Source: an uncultured bacterium (GTDB lineage: Bacteria; Latescibacterota; MWCZ01). Taken from it: a DNA stretch of 64,000 nucleotides. The position numbers and the translations under genes were made by a program. The notes beneath the pieces were generated by a model that did not search any database, was not told the DNA's origin, and saw nothing but the letters and a program-made list of their open reading frames with translations. Positions 39,986 to 49,248 of this stretch are shown here, piece by piece. The stretch spans positions 6,923 through 70,922 of the forward strand of contig CAZEAI010000008.1 of NCBI GenBank assembly GCA_964510105.1, given 5' to 3'. Every line of letters starts with the position of its first letter. Position 1 is the stretch's first letter.

Positions 39986-41527
39986 TCGGCGGACCTGCAG
40001 GACAACGGACCGGCCGAGGTGGCGGGCCTGTCGTTCACGACGTCCGCAAGCGCCGATGTCGATGCACCGACGATCGCCGGAATGGACGTGTCGGCGCTCG
40101 GTGACATCTCCGCGAAGATCGTCTGGACGACCAACGAACCGTCCGACAGCTTCGTGGAATTCGGAACGACGACGGCGCTCGGACTGGCGGAGGGCTCGGA
40201 GGAGACGGTGACGGACCACGAGGTGTGGCTGACGAACCTCGAGCCGAACACCGAGTACCATTTCGCGCCGACCTCTACCGACATCGCCGGCAACGACGCC
40301 TCCGAGCCGACCGACGCGTTTAGGACCCTGGCAGCGCCTGAGAGCGATCCGCCCGACGCGCCGCTCGGCGTGGACGCGGTGCCGGGAGACCAGGCGGTCC
40401 TCGTGACGTGGAACGCTGTAGCCGACGGAGACGTGGCGGGATACAATGTCTACCGTACTCCCGATGTGCTGGTGGCCACGCTCCTTCAGGACACAGTTCA
40501 CATCGAGGACGGGCTCGACAACGGAACGACGTATACCTACCAGGTGCAGGCGGTGGACGAGTTCGGTAACGAGAGCGCGCTCTCCACGGTGACCGGCGCG
40601 GCAACACCGGCCCCATCGAACGTTCCGTCGGCCCCGACCGCGTTGTACCCCACCGAAGGCTCCAGCGACGCGCTCCAGCCGTATCTGACGGCGGAACCGG
40701 CCGAACCATCCGCATCGCGGCCGGATGCGGAACTGGTGTACACGTTCGTGATCGCGCGCGACGCCGAGATGTCGGACATCGTCGCAACGAGTACACCGAC
40801 AGCGAAGCTCCCCGGCTATCGCCAGCCCTGGTGGAAGCTGGCAGTGATCGAGCTGGAGCATGACAGCACGTACTACTGGGCGGCGGCAGCCTCGGACGGC
40901 GTCTTCCGGGGGAGCCTGGGAACGCCGAACAGCTTCGTCGCGGACAGTTCCGCGGAAGCGGTACTCACCGACGTTGCGCTTGCGACCTTCGCCGCCACCC
41001 CCAACGCGCAAGGGATCACGGTGGAATGGTCCGGAGCCGAGCCCAACGACCGGTTCGTCGTGCTGCGATCCACTGAGGAGGACGGCCCGTCATCGCCGAT
41101 ATCGGGCTGGCTCACCGGGGAAACGTCGCACGAGTTCACGGACATGGCGGTTACCGGCGGCAGGGAATACTACTACCGACTGCAGCGCGTGTTCGCTTCC
41201 GGCGCAACTCACGGGTATGGACCCGTATCGGCCATCGCTTCGTTGCCGGACCGGTTCGCGCTCACCGGCGTCGCGCCGAATCCATTCAACCCGACGACGG
41301 TCATTCGGTTCGACGTCCCACGCGCCGAACCAATGCGGCTTGACATCTACAACGCCGTCGGGCAGAAGGTGCGGACACTCGTTGACGGCATCCTCACGCC
41401 GGGCGTACACGCTCGAACCTGGGACGGATGCGACGATACGCTGCGTGGACTCGGATCGGGCACCTACTTCATCAGGATGGAGGCAACACAGTACACAAAG
41501 ACGATCAAGGTCACCATGGTGAGGTAG
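39986..41527 (+). CDS. C-terminal segment of the giant repeat protein: Fn3-like modules plus a T9SS (Por) C-terminal sorting domain
   Basis: This lies in the same frame as 35381-39985, separated only by a TGA at 39983-39985. It ends with ...PNPFNPTTVIRFDVPRAEPMRLDIYNAVGQKVRTLVDG...GTYFIRMEA..., the TIGR04183-type T9SS CTD. The first ATG is at 40019. Confidence 0.55.
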   Translation, partial: SADLQDNGPAEVAGLSFTTSASADVDAPTIAGMDVSALGDISAKIVWTTNEPSDSFVEFGTTTALGLAEGSEETVTDHEVWLTNLEPNTEYHFAPTSTDIAGNDASEPTDAFRTLAAPESDPPDAPLGVDAVPGDQAVLVTWNAVADGDVAGYNVYRTPDVLVATLLQDTVHIEDGLDNGTTYTYQVQAVDEFGNESALSTVTGAATPAPSNVPSAPTALYPTEGSSDALQPYLTAEPAEPSASRPDAELVYTFVIARDAEMSDIVATSTPTAKLPGYRQPWWKLAVIELEHDSTYYWAAAASDGVFRGSLGTPNSFVADSSAEAVLTDVALATFAATPNAQGITVEWSGAEPNDRFVVLRSTEEDGPSSPISGWLTGETSHEFTDMAVTGGREYYYRLQRVFASGATHGYGPVSAIASLPDRFALTGVAPNPFNPTTVIRFDVPRAEPMRLDIYNAVGQKVRTLVDGILTPGVHARTWDGCDDTLRGLGSGTYFIRMEATQYTKTIKVTMVR

Positions 41528-42097
41528 GAGGCCGATCCGCCCCGGTCGGATTGGCGAATCGCGTGGCCGCGACGGGCGCTCTGTCCCTCGCGGCCGCCTG
41601 CGTGCGGGGTACCGCTGTGCGGGCTACCATGGGGGTGCCACGCCACCGCTGCCCTCGTCCGCACCCTCAACGCCGTGTCGACGTGCCTCCGGTGAGCGCT
41701 CAGGCTTCGCCCTTCGCGCAGGGTTTGATGTTCGCGCTATCCGAAGTAATTTCCACGCCATAAGCGGCAGTTAGCCATATCCGTTCCGTACCGAGCTAGG
41801 GCGAGGAAGGAATCGGTAATGGGCTCCCAACGGCTGTTCGACGGCGTACCTGTCGTACAGCGCTGCCTCGGCAGCCATCGCGAGACCCCCGCTGGATCTC
41901 CGAGTGCGTTCGGGCAAACGGCGTCTGCTCGCCACCTCCCAAGTTCCGCCCTGATCCATCCACGTCGTCCGACACCGCAGCCTTCGAATTGCAGCGTACT
42001 ACACCCGCGCCCGCGCCATCCCCACCATCGCAGACCATGCCATCGGCCTGCGCCGGAAGGGGCGGACGTTCTTGAGGCTCTCAAAGGAGAATGAGCT

Positions 42098-42601
42098 ATG
42101 CGAACAAGGCTGGGGTACTGGATCTCCGCCGGGATCGTCGTCCTGCTCGCGGGATGCACCGCGAACCAGGATTCCACGATCAAGTCGAATGTCGAGCGGT
42201 ACCTGACTGAGAGCGCTCGAGCTGTTAACGCGCGAGACTGGGAGGCTTACGGAGAACTCTTCACCGAAGACCTGCTGATGTTCGCTCCGGGATTTCCCGG
42301 GACAAGGGGGCGGGACGCTCGTCTGGAGATGGTTCAGGGCATCATGGCAGCGTTCCCTGACGGTCGCGTGGATGGGCAGCGGGCGTTCGGCAAGGGCGAA
42401 TGGGCCTGCTTCCAGTTCGAATTCTCCGGCACAAACACTGGGCCGCTCGCAGCGGCTGACGGCAGCGAGATACCCGCCACCAACAAATCTGTCAAGTTCT
42501 CATACTGCATCGTTGCGCGGTACGAGGCAGGGCAGATCGCCGAACTCCATGAGTACTTCGATCAGATGGACTTGCTGACGCAGCTTGGCCTTGTGCCGTA
42601 G
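42098..42601 (+). CDS. SnoaL-like (ester-cyclase / NTF2-fold) lipoprotein
   Basis: Lipobox LLAGC, followed by the typical SnoaL block ...DWEAYGELFTEDLLMFAPGFPG.... Confidence 0.55.
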   Translation: MRTRLGYWISAGIVVLLAGCTANQDSTIKSNVERYLTESARAVNARDWEAYGELFTEDLLMFAPGFPGTRGRDARLEMVQGIMAAFPDGRVDGQRAFGKGEWACFQFEFSGTNTGPLAAADGSEIPATNKSVKFSYCIVARYEAGQIAELHEYFDQMDLLTQLGLVP

Positions 42602-42760
42602 AGGGGGCTGAGCGACCGCATGGTGCGGACGGCGACCCCTGGCCTCGGCGAAAACAGTGGCGTCGGAGGGTTGACGCGTGCCGCTATGGCGAATCTCGCA
42701 CCGGATCAGCTCAACACAGGCTGCGTAGAGGTTAGGGACACTCTCAGAGGAGGGCGTACG

Positions 42761-43243
42761 ATGCGAGCGAGACAGACTTGCTGGATTGCCGTCGGGGTCG
42801 GCCTGATGTCCATGGGTTGCAGCGCGACGGGGATGGCGGACCGCGATGCTTTCGAGGCGGCAGCAAAGGAGTTGGCTCAGGACTACTCCGTGGCCGTGGA
42901 TAGTGGAGATGTGAATCTCTATGTCACCCATTTGGACGACAACGCGATATACATGGCGCCAGGCGCTCCGGAACACAGTGGGCGGGCGGCTGTCGGAAGA
43001 GCGTTGGGAGAGTGGTTCGCGGCAGTGAATTTCGAGGAATTCGCCGTCAACCTTGAAGAGTTCGAGGTGTTCGGTGATTTCGGCTACATCCGTGGCACGT
43101 ACTCCTGTCTCACGATCCCATGGGCAAGTGGGGACACAACTCGGTTTGAGGGCAAAGTCCTGAGCATCCTGAGACGGCAACCCGACGGTTCCTGGAGGAT
43201 CTACCGCGACTGCTTCAACTCGAACGGGCTTCCGGCTATCTGA
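42761..43243 (+). CDS. NTF2-like (DUF4440/SnoaL-type) lipoprotein
   Basis: Signal peptide with MSMGCS. The C-terminal ...RQPDGSWRIYRDCFNSN motif is shared with the 48597-51033 paralogues. Confidence 0.5.
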   Translation: MRARQTCWIAVGVGLMSMGCSATGMADRDAFEAAAKELAQDYSVAVDSGDVNLYVTHLDDNAIYMAPGAPEHSGRAAVGRALGEWFAAVNFEEFAVNLEEFEVFGDFGYIRGTYSCLTIPWASGDTTRFEGKVLSILRRQPDGSWRIYRDCFNSNGLPAI

Positions 43244-43452
43244 CGTTGGCGCCATACCGGCGCCGACGACGGCGAGCTGTCATGCGCACCGGGAGACGGA
43301 GACGCACCGGTCTTTACTACCAGCTATTCCTTAGTATATTACCCCCTGATGTCGATCGCTGAGCGGGATAGTTGTACACGGCCCGCCCGTTCCTAGTGCC
43401 CTCCGTAGGCGGGTGGTCCCGCGCACTGCCGGCGCCGCCCGAGGTGGTCGCA

Positions 43453-46400
43453 GTGGATACTCAACGGCGAGCAGACGACGCAACTCTGGTCGGGCGTTGC
43501 CTCGACGGTGACCGCGAGGCGTTTGCCGGGCTCGTGCAGGCCTACGAGCAGACCGCCCTCGCGACGGCGATGGCGTACGTCGGCAACTCGGACGACGCGG
43601 GAGACGTCACCCAGGACGCCTTCGTCACGGCCTTCACGTCGATCGGCGATCTACGAAACCCGGCGCAGTTCGGGAGCTGGTTCCGACGAATCGTGCAGCG
43701 GCACGCGCTTGAGCGTGTACGCGATGCCGGACGAAGCACCCCTCTCACCGACGAGCACGGCGCCACACCCCCGCCCGCGTCGCCGGATATGCCGCAGACA
43801 TCGTTCTCCGCCGACGTGTCGTCCGCCGTGCAACAGCTTCCGATGGCATACCGCGACATCGTCCTGATGTATTACCTCAACGACTTGTCCTACCGCGGCA
43901 TCGCGGAGATCATGGACCTGCCGGAGTCGACGATACGGAGCCGTCTGCGAACGGCACGGCGAAGGCTGAAAGGCGTCCTGCCCAGACAAGGCCGCAATCG
44001 CGGCGCCGACGACCACGGGCAGATCCGCTCGGCGATTCAGAAGTCGGTAGGCAAGCGCCACTATCGCGACGCTCTCGAACGCCTCCTGTCGGCCGGAATG
44101 GAGCACATACGCGATACGCTCTCGGATGAGGAACAGGAGCTGTTCGGACGGAACGTCGAGACGATCCTCTCGCACGTAACCGGCATCGAGGACGAAAGCC
44201 CGTGCAGAGCGGATTGGGGGGAGGCGCCCGACGTCGAGGGATTCGTCGGGCGCGCGGAGGAACTCGCGACGTTGCGCACGTGGATCGCGGACGAGCAGTC
44301 GCGCCTGATTGCCGTCATCGGTATGGGTGGAATCGGTAAGACAGCACTCGCGGCAAGAGCAGCCAGGATCGTCGCAGGCCAGTTCGAGTGCGTCTTCTGG
44401 CGATCGCTGGTGAACGGACCGCCGCTTTCGAATGTGCTCACTGAGTTGATCGGGCACCTTCTTGGCGAGTTCAGCGTGCCACGCTCCGATCGGATCGACG
44501 AGCAGATCCGACGCGTCATGGAGTACCTGCGGTCCCACCGCTGCCTCATCGTGTTGGATAACGTCGAGGGAATACTGGAGGCCGGCGCCGCCGGTCGCTT
44601 CCGCGAGGGATACGAAGGTTACGGGCAACTGATACGACAGTTCAGCGAGTGCCCTCACCAGAGCACGGCGCTGCTCACCAGCCGTGAGCGGCCGCGCGAT
44701 TTCGCTCTTGTGGAGCGTGTTGACGGAACCGAACTGCACGCCTTCGAGCTGAAAGGCTTGGATGGCGACGCCGCACGGGAGCTTCCGGGCCTGGAGAGCA
44801 TTGCAGCATCGGACGACGACTGGCAGACGCTGGTGGAGCATTTTTCCGGCAATCCGCTCGCTTTGAGGCTGGTGGCGGAGAAGGTGTTGGACCTGTTCGG
44901 GGGAGATCTGTCACACTTCCTCGCGGCCGGACTTCCGCTGTTCGACGACGTGCGCGACATACTCGATCGGCAGTTCGAACGCCTGACGCCGCTTGAGCGT
45001 GACGTGATGTGCTGGCTGGCGATCGTACGGGAGCCGGTAACTCCGGATGAGATCCGCGTACGACTGGTTCCGGCCGTGTCGGCGAGTGAGCTTCTCCAGA
45101 TCATGCACTCCCTCAGTCTGCGAACGCTCGTGGAGCACCGTTCGGGTACGTTCCTTCTGCAGAACGTCATCACCGAGTACGTTACCGACCGAATCGTCGA
45201 ACAGGCGGCCGGCGAAATCGCGGCGGGCCTGGTGACTCTCCTGGATACCCACCCGCTGACGATGGCAACGGCGAGACCCAACGTGAGAGACGCACAGCGG
45301 CGTCTGATACTGTCGCCCGTCGGCCTTCGCGTGGTGAACGAATTCGGCCCGAACGCCGTGGAAGAAGCGCTGAAGGCAACCGTCGATTCGCTTCGTGCCG
45401 GCGACGCGCTCCCGAACGGGTATGCCGCGGGCAACTACTTCGACCTCGTGGCTCATCTCTTCGGCGAGGTGGTCGGCTGGGATTTCTCGCACCTCTCGGT
45501 CCGTCAGGCGGACCTGACCAGTGCACACGTGCACGACACCAGCTTCGCGCACTCCGTGTTCGGCGAATGCGCGCTTCAGCACGCACATGGCAACGTGGAT
45601 TGGGCTGAATTCAGTCCCAGCGGCCGGGAGATAGCGATCTCAGCGTTCGGACGACTGGAAACGCGATCGTTCCCGGGCCTGGAGCCGCTCAGCGCCGATT
45701 GCACGGAGGGTGTACGGTCGGCGACGTACACGACAGACGGTCGCCTCCTCGCCATCCGTCTTGAGCACGCGGAGAGTTGGCCGGAAGCAGCCGATCGCTA
45801 CTCGCCTCGACGGATCGATGGTGGGACCGGTAGCAGATGGCATAACTCTGTGATGGATGTTGCATCTGGAGCGGCCCTGTTGGAATACGATGTGCAGTGG
45901 ATGAATATCGGCTGCCTATGCCCTTCCGGCAGGCTACTCGCCCACGACGACATCGACTTCACCATCAAGGTGCTCAACCTGGAGAACAAGGAGTGCGTCG
46001 CGACGCTGCCGAGCAGCGTAGGCCGCCTCTCTCAGCACGGACTGGCATTCCACCCGGACGGTGAGATGCTGGCAACCTGTGGCTACGACGGATCGGTCAG
46101 GGTGTGGGATGTTCGGTCAGCCGAATGCAAATGGACGTCCGAGCAACAAGGATGTAGCAGAATCGCATTCACCCCGGACGGCGACAAGCTTGCTATCTCC
46201 GATACCCACAGCCATCGGACTCGGTTCATGGACGCCGATTGCGGTACGTGTCGAGGCACCATGGAGGCGGCTCTGCTGTCGTTCCATCCCGACGGCAGAA
46301 CGGTGGCCGGTCACGATTCGGCCAACCGCATCGTGATCTGCGCCGTCGATACCTCCGATCTCGCGGCGACATTCCGAAGCGAAACGGGGATGGTGACGGC

Positions 46401-48279
46401 CGCCTCGTTCAGCCCGGATGGACGGTACTTGTTGGTGGCGGAGGAGCCGGGCCTGCTCCGCGTCTGGGATCTGGAGACGGGGCAAAGCCTGAATTCGTCA
46501 CAGGGAAACCGGCACGCGAACGAGCCGAGGGCCGATATCGACCCAACCGGAAGACTTGTGGCCGTAGGTGAGGAAGCGGGCCAGGTGCATGTCTGGGACG
46601 TATCGGCGTCGCGCGTCGTCACGACACTGCGTGAGCGAGAGGCCCTGCTATCTGCGCACGAGTTCACGCCCTCGGCAAGCTCTCCGTCTGAACGCGACTG
46701 GCTCAACATAGATGAAGAGTGGAGAGTCTACGATGAAGACTCGGAACTATGCATCAACACAGCGGATGGGAGTCTGCGACGACAGACGCACCGAATTGCC
46801 TCGCCTGTACGCGACGTGGTTTTCAGTCCGGACGGATCGCTTGTGTCGGGCGCGGATCCGGCGGACCGGGGATTCAGGGCATGGCACGTGAGCACGGGAG
46901 AGTGCGTTGGCTGGTACAACAGATCGCATGCCGTCCGCTATGTCTGTTTCGCGCCGAATAGCTCGCTCGTCGCCTGTCACACGACGGATGACGAGGCCGA
47001 ATATCCGACAACGATCTGGAATTGTCGTACCGGGCAGCTCGTTCGTGGGCTCCCGTGTCACTCGTGGCATATGGCTTTCACCCCGGACGGCAGAACCTTC
47101 GCGGGAGCGACCTACCGCGACGGGGAATTCGTCATGAACCTGTGGGACGTTTCCTCGGGTGAGCGACGGCTGTCCCTCGAAGCGCGGGAGTGGATAACGT
47201 ATTTCTGGCTCTACAGCGTGACCGGATTCAGCGCGGACGGGAGACTGCTGGGTACGTGTCTGGGCGGCCCGAACTACAGGGGAGCCATCGTGTGGGATAC
47301 GGCTGTAGCTGAGCCGCTGCTGAAGGTGCCCGGCAGCAAATACCTCAGCTTCCTCGAGAACGACCGAGTGTTGGTTCGCGGCGGGATGGAAGGCCAGACG
47401 GTGTCGGTCGTGGACGTCCGAACGGGTGAACAGATGGACTCGTGGAACACCAGTATCACCGGCCCGACCAGAGCATTCAGCTCCGACGGCAGGATGATTG
47501 TCACGGCATCGGAGCATCAGCCGGGTGTATCGGTCTGGAATGTCGACGATGGATCCCACGTGTGCACGATTCCCCGGATTCGTCCGTACGATGGAACGAA
47601 CATCGCGCACGCGGACGGGCTGACGCCTGCCGAAACAGCGACACTGAAACGCCTGGGCGCCATCGAGCAAGAGGTGGGGCTCTCCCCTGCCGAGCCCCAG
47701 TCGCCGCCGCGTTCGTCGCCACGGGACCCTCTCGAACGACGATTCACCGCATGGGCAGGGGGACCGAGGGCGCTCGTGTCGGTCGTCTGCGTCGAAGCGG
47801 CCGATCGAACCATCCTGTCCGACCGGCTTGAGGGTAACCAGCGCGTCGAACGCATGCGCGCCCGGCACGCACAACGGCTGCGGGATCTCACCGGTCGGCA
47901 CCACGGGCTGACAATCTGCGACGACGGCGCGAGCGCTTCCATCGCTTTCCACACACCCACGGAGGCGCTGGAGTTCACGCGAGAGTGCCGTCGAGAGACA
48001 GAAGCGGACGGGATCAGGCTGCTTACCGGCATCCATGTGGAATCGATCAGGATCGGGAGCGAGGACCCCTTCGACCACCTTGCCACACACCTTACCGGGA
48101 TAGTCGAGAAGGCGAATTCGTCCGGGGTCTGGGCGAGCGACGAATACAAGGACCTCCTTGCGAGATTCGGTCCGAACGGCCTGCCGGAGCCGGTGTGGAT
48201 CATGCACCCCAACTGCCAGCTCAAAGGGCTTCCGGGGAAGCACAAGCTATGGTCGCTGACCGACGACGCGCCGGCCTGA
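43453..48279 (+). CDS. ECF sigma-70 factor fused to an NB-ARC/STAND NTPase, WD40 repeats and a C-terminal class-III-cyclase-homology-like domain
   Basis: Sigma-70 region 2 (AFAGLVQAYEQTALATAMAYVGNSDDAGDVTQDAFVTAF) and region 4 (LPMAYRDIVLMYYLNDLSYRGIAEIMDLPESTIRSRLRTARRRLKG). Then FVGRAEELATLRTW...IAVIGMGGIGKTALA...CLIVLDNVE...GNPLALRLV, the NB-ARC P-loop/GxP motifs. Then at least 10 WD40 units (FHPDGEMLATCGYDGSVRVWDV...). Then a roughly 170-aa C-terminal domain matching the cyclase pattern (...IRLLTGIHVESIRIG...VWIMHPNCQLKGLPGKHKLWSL). This is one uninterrupted frame. The start is set at the GTG at 43453 after AGGTGG; the exact start is uncertain (43372-43453). Confidence 0.65.
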   Translation: MDTQRRADDATLVGRCLDGDREAFAGLVQAYEQTALATAMAYVGNSDDAGDVTQDAFVTAFTSIGDLRNPAQFGSWFRRIVQRHALERVRDAGRSTPLTDEHGATPPPASPDMPQTSFSADVSSAVQQLPMAYRDIVLMYYLNDLSYRGIAEIMDLPESTIRSRLRTARRRLKGVLPRQGRNRGADDHGQIRSAIQKSVGKRHYRDALERLLSAGMEHIRDTLSDEEQELFGRNVETILSHVTGIEDESPCRADWGEAPDVEGFVGRAEELATLRTWIADEQSRLIAVIGMGGIGKTALAARAARIVAGQFECVFWRSLVNGPPLSNVLTELIGHLLGEFSVPRSDRIDEQIRRVMEYLRSHRCLIVLDNVEGILEAGAAGRFREGYEGYGQLIRQFSECPHQSTALLTSRERPRDFALVERVDGTELHAFELKGLDGDAARELPGLESIAASDDDWQTLVEHFSGNPLALRLVAEKVLDLFGGDLSHFLAAGLPLFDDVRDILDRQFERLTPLERDVMCWLAIVREPVTPDEIRVRLVPAVSASELLQIMHSLSLRTLVEHRSGTFLLQNVITEYVTDRIVEQAAGEIAAGLVTLLDTHPLTMATARPNVRDAQRRLILSPVGLRVVNEFGPNAVEEALKATVDSLRAGDALPNGYAAGNYFDLVAHLFGEVVGWDFSHLSVRQADLTSAHVHDTSFAHSVFGECALQHAHGNVDWAEFSPSGREIAISAFGRLETRSFPGLEPLSADCTEGVRSATYTTDGRLLAIRLEHAESWPEAADRYSPRRIDGGTGSRWHNSVMDVASGAALLEYDVQWMNIGCLCPSGRLLAHDDIDFTIKVLNLENKECVATLPSSVGRLSQHGLAFHPDGEMLATCGYDGSVRVWDVRSAECKWTSEQQGCSRIAFTPDGDKLAISDTHSHRTRFMDADCGTCRGTMEAALLSFHPDGRTVAGHDSANRIVICAVDTSDLAATFRSETGMVTAASFSPDGRYLLVAEEPGLLRVWDLETGQSLNSSQGNRHANEPRADIDPTGRLVAVGEEAGQVHVWDVSASRVVTTLREREALLSAHEFTPSASSPSERDWLNIDEEWRVYDEDSELCINTADGSLRRQTHRIASPVRDVVFSPDGSLVSGADPADRGFRAWHVSTGECVGWYNRSHAVRYVCFAPNSSLVACHTTDDEAEYPTTIWNCRTGQLVRGLPCHSWHMAFTPDGRTFAGATYRDGEFVMNLWDVSSGERRLSLEAREWITYFWLYSVTGFSADGRLLGTCLGGPNYRGAIVWDTAVAEPLLKVPGSKYLSFLENDRVLVRGGMEGQTVSVVDVRTGEQMDSWNTSITGPTRAFSSDGRMIVTASEHQPGVSVWNVDDGSHVCTIPRIRPYDGTNIAHADGLTPAETATLKRLGAIEQEVGLSPAEPQSPPRSSPRDPLERRFTAWAGGPRALVSVVCVEAADRTILSDRLEGNQRVERMRARHAQRLRDLTGRHHGLTICDDGASASIAFHTPTEALEFTRECRRETEADGIRLLTGIHVESIRIGSEDPFDHLATHLTGIVEKANSSGVWASDEYKDLLARFGPNGLPEPVWIMHPNCQLKGLPGKHKLWSLTDDAPA

Positions 48280-48390
48280 CGCAATTCTCAGTCGCCGCGC
48301 GACCGACAAGTCGCACGGGCTCGGCACGATCCATGAACTCCTCGCGGCGCGTCGCCCCACCACGGGGATCGTCAGGCGGTATTTTCGCAG

Positions 48391-48495
48391 TGCGGTAAGC
48401 GACTTACGCACCTTTCGCGCTATACCCCCCTGGGGGTCGGAATGCCTCGACATGAGCACATCCAGCCACCGTACTCCATCTAGTAGGCAGCAGCG
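48391..48495. repeat. about 100-bp conserved intergenic element A with a CCCCCC-T-GGGGG palindrome
   Basis: About 75% identical to 51271-51360 (GCGACTTACGCA..TTTCGC.CTATACCCCCC(T)GGGGGGTCG.AATGCC...CATCC...CCATC). Confidence 0.5.
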
Positions 48496-48596
48496 GGCAG
48501 AGCAGCGGTGATTCGTATCGCCGTGAGAAGCCTCGTGTTGTACCGATTCGAACCAGATCAACTGGACACCCGGCACACACGCGGAGGAGGAGAGCA

Positions 48597-49085
48597 ATGC
48601 GCACGAAATCAGTGTGCTGGATCGCCAGCGGCATCATCGCCACCATCGTTGTTCTCGCGGGCTGCGGCGACGGCTCGGCGGACGCGTCGGGCGATGTGGA
48701 CTTCGGCGCAACTCTTGCGGAACATGCGGCGAAGTATGCCGCGGCGTGCAACGCGGGCGATGCGGACGCCTACTGCGCCTTACTCGACGAGAGTTTCACT
48801 CAGTTGCCACCAGGCGCTCCACCATTCATTGGGAAGGCAGCCGTCAGGGATGCGATAGGAGGGTTTTTCGAGGCATACGATCTCGAGGATTTCACGATCG
48901 AAACACAAACGTACGAGGTGTCCAGGGAATTTGCATGGAATTGGGGCACGTATTCCTATCGCACGGCTCCAATGGGTACGACCGATTTCGCTCCGTACGA
49001 GGGCAAGTACCTGAGCGTACTGAAGAAGCAGCCTGACGGTACCTGGTTGTTCTACATTGGCTGCTTCAACTCGAACACGCATTAG
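48597..49085 (+). CDS. NTF2-like (DUF4440/SnoaL-type) lipoprotein, paralogue 1
   Basis: GGAGGAGG RBS and lipobox VLAGCGDG. Conserved blocks ...AAACNAGDADAY...FAWNWGTYS...KKQPDGTWLFYIGCFNSN. Confidence 0.6.
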   Translation: MRTKSVCWIASGIIATIVVLAGCGDGSADASGDVDFGATLAEHAAKYAAACNAGDADAYCALLDESFTQLPPGAPPFIGKAAVRDAIGGFFEAYDLEDFTIETQTYEVSREFAWNWGTYSYRTAPMGTTDFAPYEGKYLSVLKKQPDGTWLFYIGCFNSNTH

Positions 49086-49248
49086 GGTAGATCGCGCCGT
49101 CGGCGATAGCACCAACGAAACGGGCGGGTCTCCTGAGATGGCAGCCCCGTACCGCCTGCACGGCCGACAGCGATCTGCGGAAACCGGAGCGACTGGGGAG
49201 TTCGTTCCGGCGCATCGTTCAACAGCTCCTCGAAGGGGAGGAAGAGCA

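Noticed and set aside
43372-43452. TTG start at 43372 for the ECF-STAND ORF
   Set aside because: Sigma-70 region 2 begins about 30 codons later, and a GTG at 43453 is preceded by AGGTGG. The upstream extension adds only low-complexity residues. The start remains uncertain.
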